A program made the translations under genes and the position numbers. DNA of 52,563 bases, the filler included, from Bipalium vagum (lineage: Eukaryota), in NCBI GenBank assembly GCA_037834085.1. It is 3 parts of 3 records of this genome, joined end to end, with 100 filler letters (N's around TTAATTAATTAA, not from the genome) between each part and the next. Parts side by side here need not be neighbours in the genome. Positions count along the whole stretch, not along the records: positions 35,228 to 52,563 come from JBBMKC010070731.1; 2 more parts are not named here. One strand, 5' to 3'. Below, piece after piece: positions 36,572 to 49,034 of this stretch. Below the pieces are notes generated by a model. The model saw only the letters and a program-made list of their open reading frames with translations, searched no databases and had not been told where the DNA came from. Every line of letters starts with the position of its first letter. Positions within the stretch are counted from its first letter, which is position 1.

Positions 36572-39500
36572 CTGGATCATTGCCACTACTGGAATGGAAG
36601 CACCTTCTCGAGTCAAATCTGGTTTTTTCTTCCAAACCCTTTCTACTGCTCTTCTGGCAGCAATGAAGTTGTCATCTTCAGGATTTCCAAGGAAAGGATG
36701 GCCGTCTTGAAAGGGAATCACTCGCAACGAATTTGGACTGCCTCGGTCCCTAAAGATTTTCTCTATGAAACTCACTATCATTTTTATCACATTATCCGGA
36801 TGCTGATGTGGTACGACTCGTGCTGACACTTTACCAATGACCTAAAACAATGAAAAATTATCATTATTTTTATTATTATGATTTCAATTTGTTTTACACT
36901 TTTTACTCAGAATTGTTTAATTGTTTACTCTCAAATAAATCCCTATCATCAGCAGAGTTGTTGGCCATGGTAATAGTAGCATAGTGATATTACCTAAATA
37001 AATAAGGCCGTATGTTGAACTAAGTTTCCCTGATCAAGGGTCTAACGTTCTGGGGGTTTATGTACATTTTCACAAAAACTTTATAAAATCAGTTTTGTTT
37101 AAAACAGGAAGTTTTTGTGACATCGACAGAATTTCTTTAATATCAATAATATATTAATAACAAAATGAATAATTTATATTTTTAATCATTTAAATTAACG
37201 GAGGTTATTTATAATTTATAATAAATTATAAATTTTGTACTTATTAAGAAATAAATTCTAATTATATATCACAAAGAAATTATAGATACAAAACCTTATG
37301 TGGTATGTTACACTTTCCTCCTGGCTTGTCCCACGAACCTTGGACTCCATGAACAGTTATCCACGGATAGCGCCAACGGTGCAAGAGATTTTCCTCCTTG
37401 GTGTCAAAGAGAAACTTGTTGGCTCCGATGTTACTGGACGCCTTTTCCATATCGAAATCAATGGTTGAATAATATTTCCTGATAATAATTATATATTATA
37501 ATGATATATTAATAATTATATATTTTCGCCACTTTTCATTTAATAATTAAAAATTATCATTTGTCGAGAATTTTAGAGGTTTCCATCTACCAATTCATTG
37601 AAACACATTTTTGTAACCTTAAAAATGTTCTTTTTCATTAAGAGAGGTTCGCAGTTGAGAAACAAATAGCAATCTGAGTGATACATTGTTTTAAAGCATA
37701 TTTTATAACAAAAATATATCAGGGTAGCAAAATAGTTCTTGGAGAAATTAAAATTAAATGTTAGTAAAATGTTTTATTGAAAATATAACATGTATTACAG
37801 GTAATGTGACAAAAAACTGCTTAGTCTAAAATATATGCATCATTGTATTTCACAATCTGTTCCCAACAACCTGTTGAATGTCTTCTTTAAAGAAATCATG
37901 ATCTTTTAACTTTGAAAAGATTGAACTTGTGAAATTGTTTCACCACTCGATTTGAGTTTAGTGCCAGTTAAATTATTCTGCAAACATCCCAATAGGTAAT
38001 AATCTGAAAGGGCTTTGTCCGGAGAGTAAGGGCAATTTTTCAAAACTGTCCAACGCAGTCTGTCAAGCCTTCGTTTTGTTTAATTTGACATATGTGGCTT
38101 TAATATTTTTTAATATTTAAATACTTGTAATTTTAAAATTTAAAGGAACGAATCTGAAAACTCAATTATAAAAGTATTTCGTCGCACAGAATCATTTTTC
38201 ACACATTTTACATCAATTTCATTTCGACGTGAAAAATATAAAACAAACCGTTTTCTGTCTAATTAATGGAAGATTAATTACGAGGGGGTTGTCCTTAACC
38301 AACGAGACGAAGACATGTAAAGTTAAGTTTTTCATGTAAAATTAAGGTTTCTTAATTTTGGTTTTTAAAGTATTTTAAGAAAATATTTAAACTTATTTAT
38401 GATTGACTAAAAATTGTTTGTCATTTCATTAAAGTACTTTAAAAGATACTCCTAGAATATATTATTTCAAAAAATGATCTAAATAATGAAAAAACTTAAA
38501 TGATTTATGTATAACGAAAGAAAAATTTTGGAAAAAAAAACATTTTAAAATCGATACAAATCTGTCAGGAATTTAGAAAAATAAAATATCGAAGCTGTAT
38601 GTGTTCCATGAGTTTGTGGCTCATACACCCTAAAAATGTTTATGATCATTTTTTCCGGAATTGGATCGGATCTGGTATGAAATGCTTGAAATCACTCGGA
38701 TCATTTTTGGAAAAGCATAGAACATTTTATTGATTAACTTTGTTAAGTAGGTCAATCAATCAAGTGTCACGTTATTCAAAAGAAGTATCACCAATCCTAT
38801 GTATAACTGCATAAATATAACTCCACTTGAACTAAAAAATTAGGACACACAAACCGTAATTTTAACGATTCAATTAACGCTGTTTCTCAATCTTATTATA
38901 TAAACAAATAGATTTTAATAATCAATACAAACTGATTTTAGATAAGGATATATTTTATCTACTAATATTAACATTTTCTCAATTATGATCAGCTTTATTA
39001 TTTATGTTAATAAAAGATAGAACATGGTCCAATCCTGTTGGTACTCAGATTAAATAAAAAAATTAAATAATGTAACTTTAATTTTTTTAGTTTTTGTAAA
39101 CTTTAGGTTAAATTTTTCAGTTCCAATGACGACGTTCTTATCACCAGCTTATTAAGGATATTTAATAATTATTTTGGACATTTTTCACATTAAAATTATT
39201 TTCCACAGAATGCTTATTATATCAAACAAACGTTTCGAGAAAAATTTTAAAATCAAAGTTCAAAAAACTGTGAAATAAGTCAAGTGTGAAAAAAAATATA
39301 AAACTTTTCATCTAAAAAAATATGACTGAAGATTAAATGAAATGCGAAATCTGTAATCATACAGAAGAGAGTAAGAAGGGGAAAGAAATAATAGGAAACC
39401 GACAATTACTCAATCATCCAAAAATCCTGGATAAACTTATTTTGGAAAATGGAGACCGAATTTCTATTGAAATTCCCGAAACTGGAACGACATTTCATGA

Positions 39501-42500
39501 AAAATAAGTAATGTAATCTTTACTCGATTTCGGTTTTTGTCAAGGCGTCCACATCGTCATAAAAATGGGGAATTTGGATTTTGCCTTTATAATCTCTCAG
39601 GGAGTTCAATATAAAAACGAGGTCGGCCATCGGTTCGGCGATGCAGCCTCCGTAAACGCCGGAATGTAAATCGTAATTGGAACATTCTATTTCAATGAAA
39701 AAATAAGTCACTCCTCTCAGTCCGTACGTAACGCAAGGTGTCTCGTCCCCCAGCCAATAGTTGTCACTGATAACGATGAAGTCCACGTCCTAAGAATAAT
39801 TATAAATAATTGTTTGGAACAAGTGATTATTTTTCCAACCGATTAGATATTTTTATATTATTCACAGACATTAAAATCGACTTTCAAACTGAACGATTAA
39901 AGTCAGAAAAAAATATCCTATAATGTATACCAGTTAACTTTAGAACCCGTGATAAATTTATTTGCGGAAAGTCTTGTAAGGCAGATTGTAAGTCATTGTC
40001 AATTAATATTTTTATAGTAAATAATAAAAATTCAAAGTGTATTTAAAAGTCCCTAAAAGTTGTTTTGATATCGTCCCATTTTTTGAAGAAGTGAGAAAAC
40101 CCTTTCGAAAATGTTTTCACTTATAAAAGCCTGGCATTTTATTTAGCTGACAGAAAAGTTTGGATTCTCAAAGATTATATTTTCAGTAATGTTTTGTTTG
40201 AATTGAGTCTTGAATTTTAAAGTATTGGCTTTAGAGCTGAACATTATTTCTGCACTAATCTAATATGAATTACTTAACTCTTTGACGAGCGGCAGTTTTA
40301 ATTGTATCACTTTTTTTAAGACTTCGAACTACTTGAGTAATAATAAAACAATTAGGAATAATTTTTATATCCGATTTCGTAATTAATAGAAATGTCTATT
40401 TTGTTCGATTTGCAACAAAATGAAACTTCTGCTGCCTCTAAAATCTAAAAATTCATGTCTATAAAGGGTTAAAGATTGTTACCAAATATATAGGAACTTT
40501 TGTGACGAAATAAATCAATTTTTGAAATTTTAATTTAAAAATATCTTGATAAAAAATGTCAAAAATTAAATTTTAAGTAATCCTTAGGGTAATCAATTCA
40601 TTTATGCATGAAATTTTAGTTTCTAAAATTTAATATATACAAGGTGTCCCATAAGTCCCCGCGGAAAGTAAACTTTAATATTTCTTAAACAGATTGAGAT
40701 ACTTAATCGTTTGCTTTATAAAATTAAAGGCAAATCTTTTATTTTTTATTTCATATAAAAATACAACAATTGTTTGAAATGACTACCATTAACTGATATA
40801 CATAAATTCATATGTTTTACAATATTTAAAAATACACTATTCAAAGTTTCTGTGGTAACACTTTTTATTTCTTCGGTGATTTTTGTTTTTAAATCGTCAA
40901 TATTTTTGATTTCAGATTTATATATCTTATTCCTTAAGTGGCCCTATAAATAGAAGTCAAGAGGAGTTAAATCTCGTAAACGTGGAGTCCATCGAATTGA
41001 ACCATCTCTTCCAATCCACCGGTTCGGAAAATTGGCGTCAAGATACCGTCGTACATTCGCTGAAAAATTCGCAAGAGCTTCATCTTGCTGAAATACCAGA
41101 GATCGTATTTTGTACATTTTCCTCAATTCAAACATAAAATAGTCCTGAAGCATTTATAGATAATTTTTGTCATTAACAGTCTCATCTTCAAAGAAATACG
41201 AATCGATAATTTTTTTTGACATAGCACACCAAGCATTAACCTTCTGAGATTTTTTAGTTATTTCTAAAGTAATATGTGAATTACTTTCTGACCAATCTCT
41301 GACGTTAACTTTTTTTACTAATCCTTATACGTAAAACGTTGCTTCATCTAAAATGAAGATATTTTTCTGAATATCCACATTTTCCAACATTGGGACCAGT
41401 GTTCGCGAAATGGAACATGTGGTTGCAACAGATCGAACACTGCCGGTCACTTTCAATAACTTCACTCATTTTCTGAACTTCATTTTCAGTGATCAGCCTT
41501 GGTCTTCCAGAACGTTCACGATCTTCTACCGACCTAATCTCACAAAAATGATGAAAAGTCTCTCTTATAGCACTTTCACTTGTTGAGGTTTTCCCAAATT
41601 CGGCATTTAATTTCCGTTTAACAACACAAATCTAGTTGAATTTGACCATTATTTTGATTCTTAACTTCAAATCAAGCGGCATTTGTTAAATCTAATTTTA
41701 AAATATTAAAACAAAACTTAGACTTACATACTTTAATATTATATAAATAGAAATTTCAATCGATTGAATTTACTGAAAGATATTTAAGTTTAGTTTCCAC
41801 GGGGACTTATGGGACACCCTGTATAATATAATTTAATTATAAATTAAAAAATCAATACCTGTTAAAGAATCCTTTTTATAAGTCAGTAAATCATTTATAA
41901 AAATAATCGAGAATTATCTTTTAATAATAAAAAACTATTTCAGAAAGAGACCTTTAAAAATTTATGTTTTTCTTCAATCAATAATGCTCTGAAACCTTCG
42001 GATCCCGACTCTTGGTGAGCTTCGAATAGAAATTTTAAATTAACAGGAAATGGAATTTGCAATTTCTGAAGATAAAAGTATAAATAAGTGTTAATTCTCG
42101 ATGACTACTTTATGTTATAATAATAATTATTATTATAATTGATAATTAAGAATATAATTGTGAAGAGAGTTTCTAGATATACCTCGAAGAGGGACTTCCA
42201 GAAACACCGAATCATTTGTGTAACATACATTTTTAGATCAGTTACTTAATATATTGTACACTTAATATTATACTTAATTTTATTTTGTATGTTGTTTAAT
42301 TTAAAATTTTATGTGAGGGACCTTTCGTTCTCATTGAAATGATAGATTTATTCTTAATTTTAATTAGGTTATCAAGGTTGTAATATTTTTATAGCTATAA
42401 ATCGTTGTAGTCAATTGTTTTCATTTTTATTTCAGTCAATTAAAGTCTCTAGGACATGTAAATTTTTGGAGTGAAATTTATTTGTCAGCATCCATTAAAA

Positions 42501-45500
42501 AAGTATAAAAAATAAAATACGGCTTCAGCCTCAAGGAATATTAAACATAACAGTACCAAAGAATTATATAGAAAAATTTTAACAAAACTTTGTTTTTGAA
42601 ATTAATAATTCAGTTGAATTTTTTATTCCATTTTTGAATAACTGGCCATCCACACTTAATTATAAGAACAGAGTAAAAATGACCTCAGGTAGCATTTTTT
42701 ATACTAAAAATCAATTTGATTAAACCTTTATTATTCTTCGTTACTTAACTACTTTATCAGCATGATTTAAAGTTCTCAAATAACATTGTAATTCGAAATA
42801 GATGCAGCATGTTGTTTTTCTTATAAATGACTAATTAAATCTCAAAGTAATAGTAATTTTTATCTTTAATTTTGTAATTATATAGTATATTATTTAAATT
42901 TTTGGAAAATGGTCGATATTAAGGTCGCTGCACTACCATAAAACGCTTCGCTAATTAAAAAAATCACTCTAAGACTGGATTCTAAAAATTATTACAACAA
43001 AAGAAATATAAAATTCATAAATATTAAATTAACCTTGACAAAAGAACAACAGTGATATTAAAGTTCAATCTTAAATACATTATTATAAATTACTTATTAA
43101 ACAATTATATGTTTATGCAAAAATATATAGAAAAATATTCAAAATATATATAATTCTATGCAAAAATATATATAAATCTATTCAAAATATATAGAAAATT
43201 ATTCAGAAATATTTAGAAAATTATTCAGAAATATTTAGAAAATTATTCATAAATATATAGAAAAAAATTCGATTTTTTCTATTTAAATTTGATCACATTT
43301 TAGTCAGCCAAAAATATCAACTGCATGGTTGCTATTAAAATGTCAGTTTTCATTGCTTTGTCATTTGTTTTCTATTAAATCAAATTTACGGGAATTTTAT
43401 GCTTCAAAATCAAAGACGGATCTTTCAATGGACTTTATTAGTGACAAGCTATGCAATCATTTCGATCGAAATCCTGAGGATGTATTGGTGATAGACAAGT
43501 GCAGGTTCCATCAACGCAAAGATGTTATTAAGTTGTTGACAGAATGAGGTATTGCTTACAGATTTCTGCGACCATACTCGCATAAGCTGTAATTCGCAAA
43601 TGCTGTATTATCCTTTATGAGAACCATTATAGATCGGGACGATTGATTACTCAAGTACTCATGCATAACTATATAGATTTAAGTGATTATTTTCGCAACA
43701 TGAGGTGGTTTATAGAAAAATCTTGGCGAGACAATTATTTATTTAGTTTTTATTTCCATTATATATTTCTGAAAATTTTTCTATATATTTTGAATAATTT
43801 TCTATATATTTCTGCATAACCCTGTAATAAACAATAAATTAATTATTTTAAAAGCTTGTTTAATTAATCATAGTTTTGATAAGATTTTTACATTTAATAA
43901 TTTAAAGTTTCTAAATTTATAAAAATCATATTTTACTTGAAAATAATCATTTTTTTGTTTGGATCTACAGGAACTTAACTAATTATTATCTATATTTATT
44001 TACGTATCACATTTCTCAAGACTATCTATTTATTTCATTATTACGGATATCAATATAATTTTATGAAATATAAAAATTAAGGAAAAAAGAAATACATTCA
44101 AAATAAAAGACTATCAAAACGTTTTCTGTATACTTTCTTTTAAAGGAGTTCAAACATTTTAAGAATTAATAATGTTTTTATAAGTTTAAACACGTATTAA
44201 TCTTAACTGTAATTATTCCTGAGATATGAAGTAAAGGACGGTTCAAAAAATTATTTTTATAGATTTCTGAGTTTATCCCAAGACCTGATGTTCGAATTAG
44301 TAAATATTGAGATCTTCAGTACTAATAGATGTCCAAATCATAACTTTTTTTAAAGTTTTGATTTTTTTCAAAATGTTATACCAATTGAAACAGTTTCAAT
44401 GTTGCTGGTAATAGCCATATTTTCTTTACATGGTTGTATTGCATAAAATGAAATAAATTTCACCAAGAATAAATTCTACACAATCGATCACATTTCCGCT
44501 TTGCTTGAGATTGTTGGGTTTCAGTTCATAAGTTTCAGTAAGTATCTTTTCTATCTTATGATATTTAATTAGGTCGACAAAATTCTGATATGACAAGGAA
44601 CACAAAATCAGCATATTTTCCAAGTTTTCAATGATCTTAGGTGCTTCTTCAATAAAAGAAAAAAAGAAATAAATTTCCCATCAATTCACTTTTTTGACAA
44701 AAGCAGATCTACCATCTTTTTATGTACTTTGAGCTTACAGTCCTCTCTGTCATAGGCAGTCGCCGCTGCTGCAAAAGAAAATAAAATAATTTATGCAGCG
44801 CCAGCTGCCTGTTATATAATTATATAAGTCTACTAGTACAAAAATAATCTACTTGAAAATATAATCCACTCAAGCAAAAGAGAAATTAATTAATTACAAA
44901 GAATTAGGAATAAATATTTACTTAAAATGTTTATTAATATTACTTTGAAAGATTTTATTAATATTATTAAGTGTTACATCTAAATACATTAAAAATAAAA
45001 ATAATTTTTAATTTTATAATTAATTTCAATCAAAAAATTTTAAAAAATATAGAATTGAAATGCCACAGTTCGATATTGAATTTATGTTTAGCAATTTCGA
45101 TTTTTTCCAAAAAATAATTAAAATTTACTGACTTCAAACCTCTTGAAGTTTATATGCTTAAGGAAAAATGGGGTGGAATTAGGAACAGGCGTTCCACTGT
45201 AATTTGATTGTAACTGCCTATTTTGAAGTAGATAATATAATTCGATTAATAAATTGGTTATTTGTATGGTGGGATATGAAAGGACCCATTCATTATGACC
45301 TCCTCCAAGCTGATGAAACCCTTAATGCGGAATGTTATAGCAAACAATTTCTGCATTTGGCTAAACAAATTGAGAAAAAGACCTTTTTTCTGGCAAGGAT
45401 CGCGTAAGACCGCATGTAGCGAAACATACTCAGGAAACAATTTTACAGTTAGGCTGGGAAGTTCTTCCTCCAGACCTTGCTCCTACAGATTTTCATTTGT

Positions 45501-46594
45501 TTCGTTCAATGCAAAATGAATTAGCCTGATGTTATTTCAAAATGTTGACCAGATACGAGATTTTGTCAAGAATTATCTTGCGTCAAAACAAATATCTTTC
45601 TATCGTTCCGGAATTCAGCAATTACCAGAAAAATCGCAAAAAATGATTTCCAATAATGGATATTATGTTGATGACTGATTTTTTGAGTCCCTATCGTGTA
45701 AAAATAAATATATTACCTTTTGATAACATTTTATTTTTTTAAAAATGGACTAAAACTTATGCCTACATCTAATAATTATCTGACTATACCCTTCGGGAAA
45801 CTTTTTGATATCAGATAAATTGGTTCTATTTTACTTTAACAACCCTATGTTATAAACCGACCAATCAAAAAATAGGGTTATTTTCAGATTTTTTAAAAAT
45901 TAAACATTTTGAACTTCTTATAAGATGGATCTATTATAATTTTTACCTGTTAAATACATTAAAAACATAATAATTTTAATAAAAACTTGTTAAAAAATGC
46001 GAAATAAAATAAAATCTAAAAATAACCCTGTGTGATGATTGGTCTGTTTATGACACAGGGTTGTTAAAGTACAATAGTACCAATAAATTAATTAAAAAAC
46101 CTGAAAGGCTTCAATGACATTCAGCCAAGTAACACAGGGTCCTTTATCATCCGATGATCCTCTGCCCACAAGATTGCCGGTTACTTCCACCAAATCAAAC
46201 GGATCTGTATCCCAACCCATTTCATCAGCAGGATCCACATCAAGATGGCCATAAACCAGCACCGTTCTTTTGGTCAAATCTCGGCCCAGTCTGCCGATAA
46301 TTACTCTTGGTAAGGGAATGAACTCTCCATTGATTCTCCTTTCCACTCCAACTTTTCGCAATTGAACCTCAACATTAAGCCTGAAGTAAGTGAAAGTTTA
46401 CTTTCACACAATTCTCAGTTAAAGTCTTACTCTGTTAATCGAGTGCCGAACCAGTTGATCATTTTGTCGCAATCCTCTCGAAACTCTTTCAAGTTAGAGA
46501 TGCTCTTGTAGTCACACGCGCATGCCAGACGGTTACAGTAACGTTTTTGCCTCGAATCAAAATAGTCAAAAAGATGGGACAGCTTATAGTTCAT
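36572..46594 (-). CDS. CNDP2: CNDP2-like M20A dipeptidase family protein; exons 46594-46431, 46380-46101, 42065-41952, 39789-39524, 37478-37295, 36841-36572; terminal exon(s) not visible
   Basis: [85 protein letters not shown]. All six exons join in frame through GT..AG introns. Orthology versus paralogy to CNDP2 is not resolved. Confidence 0.92.
37720..38080 (-). mobile_element. Mariner 3' fragment (intronic)
   Basis: Decayed [23 protein letters not shown] and [11 protein letters not shown] motifs. Confidence 0.6.
40640..41821 (-). mobile_element. DD41D (rosa-type) Tc1/mariner element with both TIRs, in CNDP2 intron 3
   Basis: TA-flanked TIRs CAAGGTGTCCCATAAGTCCCCGCGGAAAGTAAACT / CAGGGTGTCCCATAAGTCCCCGTGGAAACTAAACT. 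FQQD and LTPLD are separated by exactly 41 residues; NRWIGRDG motif; RSGRPR. Confidence 0.9.
43108..43824 (+). mobile_element. Non-autonomous IS630/Tc1-like element whose TIRs consist of tandem ~21-bp units
   Basis: Units like AAATATATAGAAAATTATTCA in tandem at 43120-43265 and inverted at 43760-43815. Right end TGCATAACCCTG|TA. Internal [11 protein letters not shown]...YRFLRPYS (DDE_3-like). Confidence 0.75.
45260..45772 (+). mobile_element. Mariner 3' fragment with right end
   Basis: [47 protein letters not shown]; end AACTTATGCCTACATCTAA|TA. Confidence 0.85.
45822..46081. mobile_element. Merlin-type MITE, 260 bp
   Basis: About 70-bp TIRs beginning GGTTCTATTTTACTTTAACAACCCT / GGTACTATTGTACTTTAACAACCCT; 8-bp TSD GATAAATT / AATAAATT. 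GG termini with an 8-bp TSD fit Merlin. Confidence 0.85.
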
Positions 46595-47719
46595 TTATGT
46601 TGTTCACGATAACTCCTTCAAGAAAATAAATGGACAATTATTGGAAAATTAAAACAAACAGCATTTCAACAGTGTCATTAATTAAATGGTTTACATGAAA
46701 TCAGTTTTATGAACAAGATATTTTTTGGTTGGTACAATTAAATAGACATTAAAAAGTTTAACTTTCTTGCTTATAAAACTTTTATTTTTATTTTTTTAAG
46801 CTTTTTTTAAGTTTCATCACGTACCTGTTATATATTTATTACATAAAAATATTAAATATTTAACTAATTATTAAAATATTTACATTAATTATGTATTAAT
46901 AAAATTAATAATTATTTTGTGACGTGAGACAAATTAAATTAAATTCTGAAGAAATGAAGAATAAAAATAAAGCGGCACAAATTCGATGAGGGAAATATTA
47001 TTTATACGTCACATAAATTTTTATCTATTTAAGGGTAATAAATTTTATTACGAATAGTCTTATATAACTTTATGGGATTTTGGGAAACCCTTATTTCAGC
47101 ATGATAATAGATTATAAATTTTGATAATAATAAGACTGAAATCTGATATTTATTTTATAAACAATTTATATTTCTAATATTTTTTTCATTTTATCATTTC
47201 TATCGGAAAAATATAATTCTAAAAAATTAAAAACTGAAATTCAAACTATCTCGAGCAATTAAAAAACATGGAGAAAATATGTTAAAATGAAAAGAAATTC
47301 AGAAAATTAAATGTATAAATTATAAAGGCCCAAAGACCGACATACAGGAGAAATATCCGACTCATTTTGTGAAACATTCAAATAGAACTTTTACGTTAAA
47401 TTTGGTTTAGTCAGTTGAACTTGGAAATTTGATTTGAACAATAAACGAAAAAATCGATCGGGCATCGAAGTTGATAATGAGAAAATCAATGCATTGCACT
47501 TAATCTCTATGGGTTTTCGTGGGAGTCGATAAATGCCACCCAAATAAAAAAACAGGAGTCCATACTCCTCTCTTGAAAGGGATCAAATTAAAGAGGTTTT
47601 AAAAGGTCTTGTGTATTATTTTTCAAAAAACGGTTGACATGTGTAATTTTGTAAAACTTCAACTCAGTAAGGTGAACATAGACAAATACCCTGATATCCA
47701 TTTAAAGAAGTGATTTATT

Positions 47720-48200
47720 ATATTAGCTGTTTCCTTATGAAGTTGTCGACTTACGACCAAACATTTAAATTTACTGGTTTGAAAGGCATACAAAATGTAA
47801 CTAATTGAAATATGTACTCATATTGTTAATACATTTCTGCCATTTAAAAGGAAACCTTTTTATAACGTTCAACATGAAGTCCCGGAATACTTTTCAGTGT
47901 TTTCCTGTGTTCTAAATTGTTTCCTTGAAAAAATGATCCAAACTTCGAAAGATATGAAAGTCTACCGGAGCAATATCAGATGAATATGGTCGAGGAGGGT
48001 GTTTAAGAGTTTCCTATTACATCTCCTGCAATGTTGATAGTCTTTCGGGAAGTGTGAAGGCTAACATTATCGTTTGGAAGAATAGGTGAAGATCGATCAT
48101 TCAATTTTCCGTACTTCAGTGCAAATTTATCCATAAAGATTTTCAGTTCCATCCAATAAGTAACAGATGTAATTATTGTGCTTGGTTCTATAAAACTATA
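47720..48200 (-). mobile_element. Mariner 3' fragment
   Basis: SPILPNDNVSLHTS, KHPPRPYSSDIAPVDFHIFRSLDHFF. Confidence 0.75.
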
Positions 48201-48253
48201 CTAAATAAGATCGCGCAGATGACAACCAATCACTGACCAATAATTTTTGACCA

Positions 48254-48568
48254 TTGATTGAAATCAATTATGATATTGTTAAGGCAACACTTGAAGAAGA
48301 ATTTTTACCTTCATATTCCCCGTTCCTCAATCCCATTGAGAATATGTTTTCCAAATGCATCCGACGAGAAAGACCGGATAACGAAAAGTGTATATTTGAA
48401 TTAATTGAAAATGTAACAATTACCGCTGATGATTGTACAGTATATTTTCAACATATGCTTGTATTTCTTCCGAAATGCATAAAAAGAGAACTAATTACGG
48501 AAGGCTAACATTTTATGTGAAAAAATATAATTGAATGTTAAATATTTGAAATGTGAGGTTAAACCCTG
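48254..48568 (+). mobile_element. IS630/Tc1-like (DDE_3) 3' fragment with right end
   Basis: EFLPSYSPFLNPIENMFSK, ITADDCTVYFQHM; end GGTTAAACCCTG|TA. Confidence 0.8.
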
Positions 48569-49034
48569 TATCTTCACACATTTCCGGTTTATTAGGAACC
48601 ATTTTGAATGGCCTGATAATAATAGGCTAAAAAATTATGTATCTATTACTCGATAATTTACATTAGTAAAATACTCAATGCATGTTTCGATTTGTAGGCT
48701 TAATTGCCAACCAAATGACTGTAAAATATAATATTTTCGAAATCATTTCTTCTTATTTGAATAGGTTGCAGGTCTGTTTTTGAGATAGGTATAAGTAAAA
48801 CAATTTCAACTTGGTCACTTGACAAGTTCAACTTGGCAATATTCTGTTGAACCCTGATAAACCGAGAGTGTTTTGTTGAATTCGTGAGTAGCCCACTGAA
48901 ATGGGTCCACATAAGTTTCGTGTAACGTAAGGTCATGTAGGAAGAGGAAATGGATAATTGATACATAAATAAAATCAATATAGAAGTATAAATTGTATTC
49001 ATTAAAACAAAAATCTACATTTAAAATATTTTTG

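Noticed and set aside
43120-43265. Tandem ~21-bp repeats as a CRISPR array
   Set aside because: No unique spacers, no cas genes, eukaryotic context; the units recur inverted at the other end of a transposon.
44400-44700. Minus-strand coding-like remnant (ORF 44426-44623) and a similar one at about 10260-10660
   Set aside because: Probably transposase debris, but no diagnostic motif supports a family call.
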